A stretch of 32,000 nucleotides of DNA from Nanopusillaceae archaeon (GCA_049974095.1 JBMFJD010000010.1:1590-33589); one strand, 5' to 3'. Positions 18,142 through 26,886 are shown, numbered from the stretch's first letter. Numbers and translations: made by a program. The notes: generated by a model from the sequence alone, not told the origin.

Positions 18142-18918
18142 ATGTATAAGAGAAAGGATTATCCAAAAGAAAATGATTATGTAATATGTACTGTAAAAGA
18201 AATATCAGATATGGATGTAAAAGTAAGTTTAGATGAATTTGAGAATTTTAATGGAATAATCCCAATTGATGAATTATCTAATAGAAGGATAACAAATCCA
18301 AGAATAATTGTTAAGGAAGGTAAAAAAATAGTTTGTGTAGTATTAGATGTAGATATAAATAATAGATTAGCAACATTATCTTTGAGGAGAGTAGATAAAA
18401 ATAAACAAAAGGCAAAGGTGCTAGAATATAAAAGAGAAATTGTTGCTTATAATGTATTAAAAATTATGGGTGAAAAAGAGAAAATTGATATGAAAGAAAT
18501 AGAAGAAAAGATTATATTTAAAATAGTACCTAAGGAAAAATTATATAATGTATTTTTGAATGCATATATAAATGGAAAAAAAGTATTAGAAGATTATGAA
18601 ATAGATAAAAAATTAATAGATAAATTACATAAATATATATTAGAATATTTGAATCCTCCAAAATATCAGTTTGCATACATTTTACAAGCATATAATATAG
18701 AAGGAGATGGAATAAATAAGTTAAAGGAATTCTTAAAAGAAATAAAAGATATTGGGGTAAATATTACTTATTTAGGTTCTCCATCATATTTAATTAAATA
18801 TATTACTATAGATCCTTCAGATTTGCAAAAAAAGGAGAAGAAATTGATGGAAACAATTGAAGAAAGTGCTAAAAAATATAATATAATTTATGAAATAAAT
18901 AAATATGAAAGAGATTAG
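18142..18918 (+). CDS. eif2a: translation initiation factor aIF2 alpha subunit
   Basis: 258 aa. N-terminal S1 domain (YPKENDYVICTVKEISDMDVKVSLDEF...GIIPIDELS) and typical length. It is followed by nop10, as in many archaea. Confidence 0.9.
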   Translation: MYKRKDYPKENDYVICTVKEISDMDVKVSLDEFENFNGIIPIDELSNRRITNPRIIVKEGKKIVCVVLDVDINNRLATLSLRRVDKNKQKAKVLEYKREIVAYNVLKIMGEKEKIDMKEIEEKIIFKIVPKEKLYNVFLNAYINGKKVLEDYEIDKKLIDKLHKYILEYLNPPKYQFAYILQAYNIEGDGINKLKEFLKEIKDIGVNITYLGSPSYLIKYITIDPSDLQKKEKKLMETIEESAKKYNIIYEINKYERD

Positions 18919-19081
18919 AAAATGTCCAAATTGTAAAACATATACATTTAAAGAAATATGTCCAAAATGCGGGACAAAAACAGTTAGAGTTATCCCTCCA
19001 AAATTTTCTCCAGAAGATAAGTGGGGTGATTATAGAAGAAAAATGAAAAGGGAAATTTTATATAAAAAAGGATGGCTATAA
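18905..19081 (+). CDS. nop10: H/ACA RNP protein Nop10 (58 aa, not in ORF track)
   Basis: Hand translation gives MKEIRKCPNCKTYTFKEICPKCGTKTVRVIPPKFSPEDKWGDYRRKMKREILYKKGWL. This has the CxxC...CxxC zinc ribbon and the PPKFSPEDK..YR signature. It overlaps the aIF2-alpha 3' end by 14 nt. Confidence 0.85.
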   Translation: MKEIRKCPNCKTYTFKEICPKCGTKTVRVIPPKFSPEDKWGDYRRKMKREILYKKGWL

Positions 19082-19087
19082 TATTAT

Positions 19088-19888
19088 ATGGAATTTATAT
19101 TAAATAAAAAAGAATTTGAAAATATAGAAAATGGTATATTTTTATATTCAATTGGAGGAGGATTTGGGAATATAGCAAGAGTAGTTGGTCAAAAAATAAT
19201 AAAAACATTTAATGGAAAAATAGTTGGTAGAATAATAACAGATTTTTTCCCAGATTTTGTTAGAATTGGAAAAAACGGATTGGTTTCTGATAATATTAGT
19301 TATAAATTATATAAAGCAAGAGTTGGAAATTATGATTTTATTATTTTATATGGAGATTTTCAAATATCTATTTTAGAAGATCCTGGATTTTCGTTATATC
19401 TTAGATATAAGTTTATGAATAAACTATTTAGAAAAATGTATCCTTATAATATAAATGAATATATTATACTTGGTGGATTGGGAGTTGCAAATCAATTGGA
19501 ATCTGAAGATCCGAAATACATGTTTGCTTTTAATAAATATTATGATCAAAATAAGATAAAGCAAAAATTGGGAGAAATAAATATATTTAAGTCAGAGAAT
19601 ATAATTGGGATGAGTGGTTTGATATTATATTATTCTCAAATATTTAAGAAACCAGCTTTTCTTTTATTAGTAGAAACTTATTTATCTAACCAAATAAATG
19701 GATATTTTGCATCTGCAAAAGCATTAGAAGTGTTGAGTAAAATATATGAATTTCAGATAGATGTATCAGATTTAAGAGAAAAAGGAAGCAAATTAAAAGC
19801 AGAGTTACAAAAAGATATTAATAAAATAAAAGAGTTAGAAGAAAAGAGAAAGAAAGAAGAAGAAAGAAGAGAATATTACTTTGGCTAG
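19088..19888 (+). CDS. PAC2-family proteasome assembly chaperone-like protein (COG1938-type)
   Basis: 266 aa. GGGFGNIARVVGQ near the N-terminus, IILYGDFQ, and a charged coiled C-terminus. Its position after aIF2alpha-nop10 matches the conserved archaeal neighbourhood. Confidence 0.55.
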   Translation: MEFILNKKEFENIENGIFLYSIGGGFGNIARVVGQKIIKTFNGKIVGRIITDFFPDFVRIGKNGLVSDNISYKLYKARVGNYDFIILYGDFQISILEDPGFSLYLRYKFMNKLFRKMYPYNINEYIILGGLGVANQLESEDPKYMFAFNKYYDQNKIKQKLGEINIFKSENIIGMSGLILYYSQIFKKPAFLLLVETYLSNQINGYFASAKALEVLSKIYEFQIDVSDLREKGSKLKAELQKDINKIKELEEKRKKEEERREYYFG

Positions 19889-20367
19889 CTTTTTGGTATT
19901 TTTAAATCTGTAGGTGGTTTTTGTTGACCTTGTTGAGCTTGAGCATTTCTAGCTTGTACTAAATATGTATTTACTAATGCAGTAACTTTTGTAAATATTG
20001 CTTGAGATATTTGATTCAATAAAAGATTTATCTTTTCTTTATTAAACTTTATTTCTTCATCTTTTGTATATATTCTCATTTCTTTTATGTCCTCTATTTC
20101 AATTCTTGAAGGTGTATAAAATAATACAAAATCTATTAATGAATCGAAATCTTTGAAGTCTGCATATAATTCTAAATAGGAAGACCAACCTTTTAATGTC
20201 TTTCCATCAGGTGTTTTTATTTCTTTTTCAATTAGATCTGCAGTTTTCTTTTCTATTATTTGAAAATTCTTGAATTTAGATACATTGTCATATAATGTTT
20301 TATCTAATACTTCCATTAATTTATCTTTATCATTACTAAAAGCCTCAAAATATAGTCTAGCCTTCAT
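19885..20367 (-). CDS. hypothetical protein translationally coupled to rpl44e
   Basis: 160-aa ORF whose start overlaps the L44e stop by 4 nt. Q-rich tail (AQAQQGQQKPP). No zinc ribbon and no recognised family. Confidence 0.5.
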   Translation of the reverse strand: MKARLYFEAFSNDKDKLMEVLDKTLYDNVSKFKNFQIIEKKTADLIEKEIKTPDGKTLKGWSSYLELYADFKDFDSLIDFVLFYTPSRIEIEDIKEMRIYTKDEEIKFNKEKINLLLNQISQAIFTKVTALVNTYLVQARNAQAQQGQQKPPTDLKIPKS

Positions 20368-20678
20368 TTTATTGCAGTACTAAATTCTACTTTCTTGTAT
20401 CTTCCTTTTATATTCCATATACTTTGTTTTTTACATACTTGGCATTCAATTCTTATATCTAATCCTTTTGATGTTTTTATAATTCCTCTTTTTCTTTGTG
20501 AAAGTGGTCTTTTACTGTATTTTCCTTTATTTCCAATTCCCTTTTTTCCTTCTCTTGCTCTTCTAGCACCCCAAACTAAACCAGTTCTTGCTTTTACAGT
20601 TTTTATAATTATTACTTTATGAGGTGTAACTTTTCTACAATATGGGCAATACTTATTTACAGTCTTTGGAATTTTCAT
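20364..20678 (-). CDS. rpl44e: 50S ribosomal protein L44e (eL42)
   Basis: 104 aa. KYCPYCRKVTPHKV...ECQVCKK is the four-Cys zinc ribbon, and the basic composition is typical of L44e. Confidence 0.9.
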   Translation of the reverse strand: MKIPKTVNKYCPYCRKVTPHKVIIIKTVKARTGLVWGARRAREGKKGIGNKGKYSKRPLSQRKRGIIKTSKGLDIRIECQVCKKQSIWNIKGRYKKVEFSTAIK

Positions 20679-20710
20679 TAGAAATAAATAGATAAATAAT
20701 TTTATAAGTC

Positions 20711-21310
20711 TTAAGAAATTCTTTTTCCTATTTTTACATTTTCCATCTTTTCGGCTAAACTTTTTTCTAATATTAATATATCTCCAATCTTAAAAGGTCC
20801 ATATATTTTTCCATTTGGTCCTACAATCTTAGGTAACTCATTCTCTATTATTAATATTTCTTTATCTATTTTATTTTGAGTTATAGTAACGTTTTTTCCA
20901 ATATCTTCGTAGAATTTATTTATATTTGTTTCTTCTCCTTCAACAATTTTATTTTCTATATTTTCTTTAAAAGAATTCAATAAATTTTTAACTATTCTAT
21001 AAAATATTTTTTCTTCTTCTTCTAAATTTTCTTCAGGTATAGCATTTAAATTTTCTCTAACTTCTAATAATGCCATATTAATTATTTTTTCAATTCTTAA
21101 GTTAATTAATTCATAAATTGCTTCTTTTATTTTATATATAGTAGAATTTAATTCTCTATATTCCTTACTATCTATTTTATATAATTCTAATTGTTTTTTA
21201 TATTTCTTTATCATTTCAGAAACTTTAATATAAAAATCTTTTTGTAATTTTTGAAGATTTTTTCTCTCTTTTTCTCTTTGTAATTGTGTAAATATATCAG
21301 AAATATCCAT
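20711..21310 (-). CDS. GINS complex subunit (Gins51/Gins15-like)
   Basis: 199 aa. The N-terminus (LQKLQKDFYIKVSEMIKK) and the C-terminal B-domain motif LPKIVGPNGKIYGPFKIGDILIL resemble archaeal Gins51. Confidence 0.65.
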   Translation of the reverse strand: MDISDIFTQLQREKERKNLQKLQKDFYIKVSEMIKKYKKQLELYKIDSKEYRELNSTIYKIKEAIYELINLRIEKIINMALLEVRENLNAIPEENLEEEEKIFYRIVKNLLNSFKENIENKIVEGEETNINKFYEDIGKNVTITQNKIDKEILIIENELPKIVGPNGKIYGPFKIGDILILEKSLAEKMENVKIGKRIS

Positions 21311-21316
21311 AAAAAT

Positions 21317-21328
21317 AATTTATAAATT
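21317..21328 (+). promoter_or_regulatory. palindromic TATA-like box AATTTATAAATT (reverse gyrase gene promoter)
   Basis: Perfect 12-bp palindrome centred about 26-27 nt upstream of ATG 21349, within a 38-bp divergent spacer. Confidence 0.4.
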
Positions 21329-21331
21329 AAA

Positions 21332-21339
21332 TTTTAAAA
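21332..21339 (-). promoter_or_regulatory. TATA-like box TTTTAAAA (GINS gene promoter)
   Basis: Centred about 25-26 nt upstream of the minus-strand start at 21310. Confidence 0.35.
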
Positions 21340-21348
21340 TTAAGAGAT

Positions 21349-23112
21349 ATGGAATTTGTTCCATTATATATTAAAAATTTATGCTTCAATTGTGGAGGAA
21401 CCATATCATCTTATAGATTATCTAATGGTTTACCATGTAATGATGATTTAGATGATAATGATATAAAAGAATTATTAAATATAAAGGATGAAAATGAATT
21501 TATAGAAAAATTATATGAAAAATTAAAACAAAAAGGAAAATTAAAGAACTTTGATGAAATATATAAATTATATAAAGAAACAAAAGAATTTAAAGAATTT
21601 TTTAATAAATTAATTAAAAATGATCCTTGGAGAATACAATTAATGTGGTTTAAAAGATTGTATAAAAATATAAGTTTCTCTATGATCACTCCAACAGGAA
21701 TTGGAAAATCTACATTTATTATAGTTTCTTCAATATATTTTGCTTATAAGTATAAAAAGAAGATAATAATTGTTTTGCCTACAAGGTTATTGGTAAAACA
21801 AGTATTGGATACATTTAACAAATTTTTATCTGAATTACAAATTAATTTAGAAATAGCATATTATTATGGAAAAGAAAAGAAGGGACAAAAAGAAAAAATA
21901 AAAGAAGGAAATTATAATATTTTGGTTATATCTAATCAATTTTTATCAAAAAATTTTGAATTATTAAAAGATAAAAAATTTGATATAGCGTTTATTGATG
22001 ATGTAGATTCATTTTTCAAAGGATCAAAGAATATAGAAAGAATATTTATTTTGTTAGGATATACTCAGGAAGAAATAGATATTGCTAAAAAGATAATTGA
22101 TTTAAAATTATCTGGAAAATTAAATTTTAATAGCGAATTGTATAAAAAATTTTTAGAAATTAAAAATAAAAAGGCAGGAATTATTATATTATCTTCTGCT
22201 ACTGGAAGTTTAAGGGGTAAAAGAGTATTATTATATAGAGAATTGGCAAACTTTACTGCAGGAACTGGTACTTCTAAAATAAGAAATGTTATAGATGTAT
22301 TTTATTATCCTAAAGATGATATAAAGAAAGAAGTATTAAAAATTGTAAATTTGCTAAAAGATGGGATATTAATTTTTGTTCCAAAAGATAAAGGTATAGA
22401 ATTTGCAAAAGAATTATACGAATATTTAAAGAATAATAATGTAAATGCTGAATATGTATCAGCAGAAGTTAAAAATATCGATGAGATAATAAATAATTTT
22501 AAAGAAGGAAAGGTAAATGTATTAATTGGAATTTCAGATCCATATGGAATATTGGTTAGGGGTATAGATATACCAGAAAGGATTAAATATGCAATATTTG
22601 TTGGAATTCCTAAGATAAGGATTAATATCTCTAAATTAGAAAAAAATATAAATAATCTTTTAATATTAGCATCTTTAATAGCACCAGTATTACCAGAACT
22701 TGAAAAAATAGAATTATCAAGAAAAGTTGAAATAACTAGGAGAAATTTAAAAAGATTATCTTCAGAATCTTTAAAATTAATTAATGAATATTTATCTGGA
22801 AATAATGTAAATCTAAAAGGATTTAACAAGAAAGTTGCAGATGATTTATTATTATTATATAATAGAGTAAATGAGTATTTAAAAAATAAAGAAATAATTG
22901 AAAAAATAAAGGAAAATCCTGAGGTGTCTACAGAAATAATAAATAATGATATTTATGTTAAAATTGCAGATCTAAAATCATATATTCAAGCATCTGGAAG
23001 AACTTCTAGATTATATGCTGGAGGGATTACAAAAGGTCTTTCTATTATTTTAGTTGATGATGAAAAACTGTTAAAATCCTTAGATTTAAAGTTAAGATAT
23101 TATCTGTTGTAG
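21349..23112 (+). CDS. rgy: reverse gyrase, helicase-like N-terminal half only (split gene)
   Basis: 587 aa. N-terminal finger CFNCGG...LPC, FKEFFNKL...WRIQLMWFKRL, Walker A TPTGIGKST, DDVD box, SATG, VRGIDIPERIKYAIFVGIPK and YIQASGRTSRLYAGGITKG. The ORF stops where the TOPRIM/topoisomerase IA module would normally begin. Confidence 0.88.
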   Translation: MEFVPLYIKNLCFNCGGTISSYRLSNGLPCNDDLDDNDIKELLNIKDENEFIEKLYEKLKQKGKLKNFDEIYKLYKETKEFKEFFNKLIKNDPWRIQLMWFKRLYKNISFSMITPTGIGKSTFIIVSSIYFAYKYKKKIIIVLPTRLLVKQVLDTFNKFLSELQINLEIAYYYGKEKKGQKEKIKEGNYNILVISNQFLSKNFELLKDKKFDIAFIDDVDSFFKGSKNIERIFILLGYTQEEIDIAKKIIDLKLSGKLNFNSELYKKFLEIKNKKAGIIILSSATGSLRGKRVLLYRELANFTAGTGTSKIRNVIDVFYYPKDDIKKEVLKIVNLLKDGILIFVPKDKGIEFAKELYEYLKNNNVNAEYVSAEVKNIDEIINNFKEGKVNVLIGISDPYGILVRGIDIPERIKYAIFVGIPKIRINISKLEKNINNLLILASLIAPVLPELEKIELSRKVEITRRNLKRLSSESLKLINEYLSGNNVNLKGFNKKVADDLLLLYNRVNEYLKNKEIIEKIKENPEVSTEIINNDIYVKIADLKSYIQASGRTSRLYAGGITKGLSIILVDDEKLLKSLDLKLRYYLL

Positions 23113-23115
23113 TAA

Positions 23116-23171
23116 CATTAATTTAACAAAATATTAACTTATATATTTAACAATTTAACATATTTTAACAT
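23116..23171 (+). repeat. 56-bp direct repeat block, copy 1 (five TTAAC cores)
   Basis: The first 26 nt (cattaatttaacaaaatattaactta) are identical to 23222-23247. Beyond that, the cores stay aligned while the spacers differ. Confidence 0.85.
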
Positions 23172-23221
23172 TTAATTAATTTTTATTTTTAACATATTAA
23201 CGTCGCATAATCTTTATTTTT

Positions 23222-23277
23222 CATTAATTTAACAAAATATTAACTTACTAATTTAACTCTTTAACACTACTTAACAT
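23222..23277 (+). repeat. 56-bp direct repeat block, copy 2 (five TTAAC cores)
   Basis: Offset of 106 bp from copy 1, with the same internal core spacing of 11/13/8/10. Confidence 0.85.
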
Positions 23278-23340
23278 ATGTTTAACGAATTTTTAACATG
23301 TATAAAATAAATTCTTAAATACTCTCTAGAATTCATAATT

Positions 23341-25653
23341 ATGGATCTAAAAAAAGATTATGATAAATTATTATGTAAAATAATAAAAAATAATCATAGA
23401 GGAATAATAGTAATATCTGGAAGTAATTATTTTGATATAATTTCAGATTTAATTAATAGGTATTATGAAATAATAAAGAATTTTAGACAAGACATAAATA
23501 TATTATATGTTACAGAGGATTATTATGGAGACTTTTTATATAGATTTGAAAAATTGGAAGAAAAGTTAAAAGATTTTAATATAACAAAAATAAAATATAA
23601 AGATTCTAGAAAAATATTAGGAAAGACATTTAATATAATAATTTTGGATATGTATAAATCTTTAACGCCAGATCATTTAGGAAGGATAATAGAAACATTA
23701 TCTGGTTCAGGAATAGCATTTTTCTTAATAAAAGATTTTGAAAATTTTGAAAATATTACAACAACATTTCATGAGCATTTATTAACTCCTCCATATAAAA
23801 TAGAAGATGTAAGAAAATATTTTGAATATAGATTTAAGCAAAAATTATTGCAATACGATAATATAATAATATATGATACAGAAAAAGGATTAATAAAGGG
23901 AATAAATGAAGAATGCAATGTAGAGGAAGCAGTTCCACCAGAAAGGAAAAAGTTAATATTAAATGAAAAGAAAATTTTTTCAGATAGAATATATAAATTA
24001 TGTTTAACACAAGATCAAGCAAATGTATTAAGTATGTTAGAAGATTTGTTAAATAATGAAAAATCAATATTTTTAATAATTGCTGATAGAGGAAGAGGAA
24101 AAAGTGCATCTTTGGGATTAGCAATTGCAGGATTAGTAGAAATATTATTGGAAAAAAATAAAATATATGATATTGGGATAACTGCTCCAGAATTTGAAAA
24201 TGTGGAAACATTATTTGAATTTTTAAAAATAGGATTAAATGGAAATAATATAGAATATAAGGAGATTAAAAACAAGAAGATAATCATAAAAAATAAAATA
24301 TATATAGAATATAGAAAACCTTCAGATATATTAAGAAAAAAGTATGATATTTTATTTGTAGATGAAGCTGCAGGTATTGGTATATTATTTTTATATCAAT
24401 TTGTAAATAAATATAGAAAAGTAGTATTTTCTTCGACAATCCATGGATATGAAGGAGCTGGAAGATCTTTCTCTGTAAGATTTCTAAAATATTTGAATAG
24501 TCTAATTGGTATAAAGATATATAAATATAATATGATTGAACCTATTAGATATGGAGAAGGAGATCCAATAGAAAAATGGCTATATGATACATTATTATTA
24601 GATTCGGAGCCTGATGAGATCAATGAGGAAGATAAAGAATTGATTAAAAATAAAGAAACAAGATTTTATAAAATACCATTAAAAGATTGGTTTTATAATG
24701 ATGATCCTAAATTAAAGAATTTTGTAGGAATTTATATTTTAGCTCATTATCAAAATAAACCAAATGATATTGCAATGCTTGCAGATGCGCCACATCATGA
24801 TGCTTTTATATTAGAATTAAAAAATGGAAAAATTGTTGATGGAATACAAGTTGCATATGAAGGAGGGATTGATGATGAAACAATAGAAAGAATGTTAATG
24901 GATTATAAACCAAAGGGAAATATAATACCAGATATAATTGTAAAACATTATAGATTAAAAGAATTTGCAAAATTAAAGGGATTGAGAGTTATAAGAATTG
25001 CAACAACACCAGAAATACAAGGTATGGGATTAGGATCTATTTCATTACAAGAATTAACTGAATGGGGAAAGAAGAATAATTATGATTGGTTAGGATCTAG
25101 TTTTGGTGTTACACATGAATTATTAAATTTCTGGCAAAAGAATGGATTTGTTTTAGTTCATTTATCTCCTGAAAAAAATAAGGTATCCGGGGAATATTCA
25201 GGAATAGTATTAAAACCTTTAAATGAAGAAACAGAAAAAATTGTTAAAAAATTAAATTATGAATTTAGATGGAGATTAATAAATCAAATATCAGATGTAT
25301 ATTTTGATTTAGAACCAAAATTAATATTAAAAATGTTAGAAACTCCATATAAATTTAAACCACATTTTAAATTATTATTAACAGAAAATCAAATTGAAAG
25401 ATTAGAGGGATACTTAAAATCTCCAATGACATATGAAGCTGCTGCAGATGTTGTTAAATTATTATATCTATACTATTTAGTATATACTGATAAAGATAAA
25501 CCAAAGATTGAAGATGAAGAGATAATGGTTTCAAAATTTTTATTATCATGGAGCTTTAATAAATTATCAGAATATTTTAATTTAAAGAAATTTGAAGCAA
25601 GAAGAAAAATAAAGAAAAATGTAAAAATAATATATAAATGGTTATTTAAGTAA
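23341..25653 (+). CDS. tmcA: tRNA(Met) cytidine acetyltransferase TmcA (NAT10/Kre33 homolog)
   Basis: 770 aa. Helicase-type Walker A ADRGRGKSASLG, Walker B-like LFVDEAA, STIHGYEGAGR, and the GNAT acetyl-CoA motif RIATTPEIQGMGLGS. Confidence 0.85.
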   Translation: MDLKKDYDKLLCKIIKNNHRGIIVISGSNYFDIISDLINRYYEIIKNFRQDINILYVTEDYYGDFLYRFEKLEEKLKDFNITKIKYKDSRKILGKTFNIIILDMYKSLTPDHLGRIIETLSGSGIAFFLIKDFENFENITTTFHEHLLTPPYKIEDVRKYFEYRFKQKLLQYDNIIIYDTEKGLIKGINEECNVEEAVPPERKKLILNEKKIFSDRIYKLCLTQDQANVLSMLEDLLNNEKSIFLIIADRGRGKSASLGLAIAGLVEILLEKNKIYDIGITAPEFENVETLFEFLKIGLNGNNIEYKEIKNKKIIIKNKIYIEYRKPSDILRKKYDILFVDEAAGIGILFLYQFVNKYRKVVFSSTIHGYEGAGRSFSVRFLKYLNSLIGIKIYKYNMIEPIRYGEGDPIEKWLYDTLLLDSEPDEINEEDKELIKNKETRFYKIPLKDWFYNDDPKLKNFVGIYILAHYQNKPNDIAMLADAPHHDAFILELKNGKIVDGIQVAYEGGIDDETIERMLMDYKPKGNIIPDIIVKHYRLKEFAKLKGLRVIRIATTPEIQGMGLGSISLQELTEWGKKNNYDWLGSSFGVTHELLNFWQKNGFVLVHLSPEKNKVSGEYSGIVLKPLNEETEKIVKKLNYEFRWRLINQISDVYFDLEPKLILKMLETPYKFKPHFKLLLTENQIERLEGYLKSPMTYEAAADVVKLLYLYYLVYTDKDKPKIEDEEIMVSKFLLSWSFNKLSEYFNLKKFEARRKIKKNVKIIYKWLFK

Positions 25654-26886
25654 TTTTTTTAATACTTCAAAGAAATAATCAATTTCTTCCTTTGTATTAT
25701 AAATATATAAACTTGCTCTAAATGTTCCTCCTAAATTAAATAAATTATTATTGAAGATCTTAATGTTTTTTAATAATGGATGCGCACAATGAAAACCAGA
25801 TCTTACTTCAATTCCTTCTAGATCTAATAATTTTGCAATTTGATGTGAATTATATTTTTTAGTATAGAAGGAAAATGTTGGAGTTCTATCTTTATAATCA
25901 TTTGGTCCTATTAAAACCAAATCTTTTAAATTATATTCATTATATTTTTCAATAAAATATTTTGTTAAGAATTTATTGTATTCTTCTATATTTTCTATAC
26001 CAATTTCATTAATATATTTTATTGTTTCTCCAAATACAATTCCTCCAGCTATATTTGGTGTACCTGATTCAAATTTCCATGGTAAATCATTCCAATATGC
26101 TTCATATAAATCTACATCTTTTATCATATCTCCTCCCCTTAAAAATGGTTCTATTTTTTCTAATATTTCTTCTTTTCCATATAGTACTCCAATACCATCT
26201 GGTCCCATCATTTTATGAGCACTAAATGCTAAAAAATCTATATCATACTTTTTAACATCAATCTTCATATGTGGAATACTTTGTGCTGCATCAATTAATA
26301 CAATTGCTCCTCTTTCATGTGCAATTTTAATTATTTCTTCTATTGGATTTATCGTTCCCAATACATTTGAAGCATGAGTTATTGCAACAATTTTTGTTTT
26401 ATCATCAATAATTTTTTCTATATTATCTAATTTTAATCTATAATTATTATCAAAGTCTATATATTCTAATTTTGTACCTATCTTCTTCGATACAAATTGC
26501 CACGGTACTAAATTTGCATGATGTTCCATTTTTGATATTACAATTTTATCTCCATGTTTTAAATTATTTAATCCATAAGAATATGCAACTAAATTAATTG
26601 ATTCTGTAGTATTTCTTGTAAATATTATTTCTCTCCAATCTTTTGCATTAATAAAATCTGCAACTAATTTATGTGCTTCTTCATATTTTTCAGATGCTTC
26701 TTGAGATAATGTATGTATTCCTCTATGAATATTTGCATAATAATTTGTATATACTTCTAAGAATTTATTTATTACACTAATTGGTTTTTGAGTTGTTGCT
26801 GCATTATCAAAATATATTAAATTCTTTCCATTTACTTTTCTTTTTAATATAGGAAAATCTTCTCTAATTTTATATGGATCTATCAT
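25642..26886 (-). CDS. sufS: cysteine desulfurase SufS (class V aminotransferase)
   Basis: 414 aa. YFDNAATTQKP, PLP-lysine region FSAHKMMGPDGIGVLYG, and active-site region RSGFHCAHP. It lies immediately downstream of sufB. Confidence 0.9.
   Translation of the reverse strand: MIDPYKIREDFPILKRKVNGKNLIYFDNAATTQKPISVINKFLEVYTNYYANIHRGIHTLSQEASEKYEEAHKLVADFINAKDWREIIFTRNTTESINLVAYSYGLNNLKHGDKIVISKMEHHANLVPWQFVSKKIGTKLEYIDFDNNYRLKLDNIEKIIDDKTKIVAITHASNVLGTINPIEEIIKIAHERGAIVLIDAAQSIPHMKIDVKKYDIDFLAFSAHKMMGPDGIGVLYGKEEILEKIEPFLRGGDMIKDVDLYEAYWNDLPWKFESGTPNIAGGIVFGETIKYINEIGIENIEEYNKFLTKYFIEKYNEYNLKDLVLIGPNDYKDRTPTFSFYTKKYNSHQIAKLLDLEGIEVRSGFHCAHPLLKNIKIFNNNLFNLGGTFRASLYIYNTKEEIDYFFEVLKKLLK

Larger units (their letters stand above)
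23113..23298 (+). repeat. array of 14 same-strand TTAAC(A/T/G) cores plus one GTAAC, helically phased
   Basis: TTAAC starts at 23123, 23134, 23147, 23155, 23165, 23189, 23197, 23229, 23240, 23253, 23261, 23271, 23282 and 23293. The array lies in the intergenic spacer between rgy-N and tmcA. Confidence 0.85.

Noticed and set aside
23113-23298. Possibility that the TTAAC repeat region is a CRISPR array or a mobile-element terminus
   Set aside because: The repeat cores are only 5-6 nt with 2-27 nt between them. There is no regular repeat-spacer unit of CRISPR size, no cas genes, no inverted terminal repeats and no transposase or integrase nearby.
20395-26225. Further nested ORFs: 20395-20622(+), 21411-21689(-), 22305-22829(-, 174 aa), 23834-24211(-), 24015-24287(-), 24396-24623(-), 25976-26218(+), 26022-26225(+)
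   Set aside because: These are antisense to rpl44e, rgy, tmcA and sufS. Even the 174-aa one is the typical S/F/I/L-rich mirror of a K/E-rich gene, and none has a start context or motif of its own.
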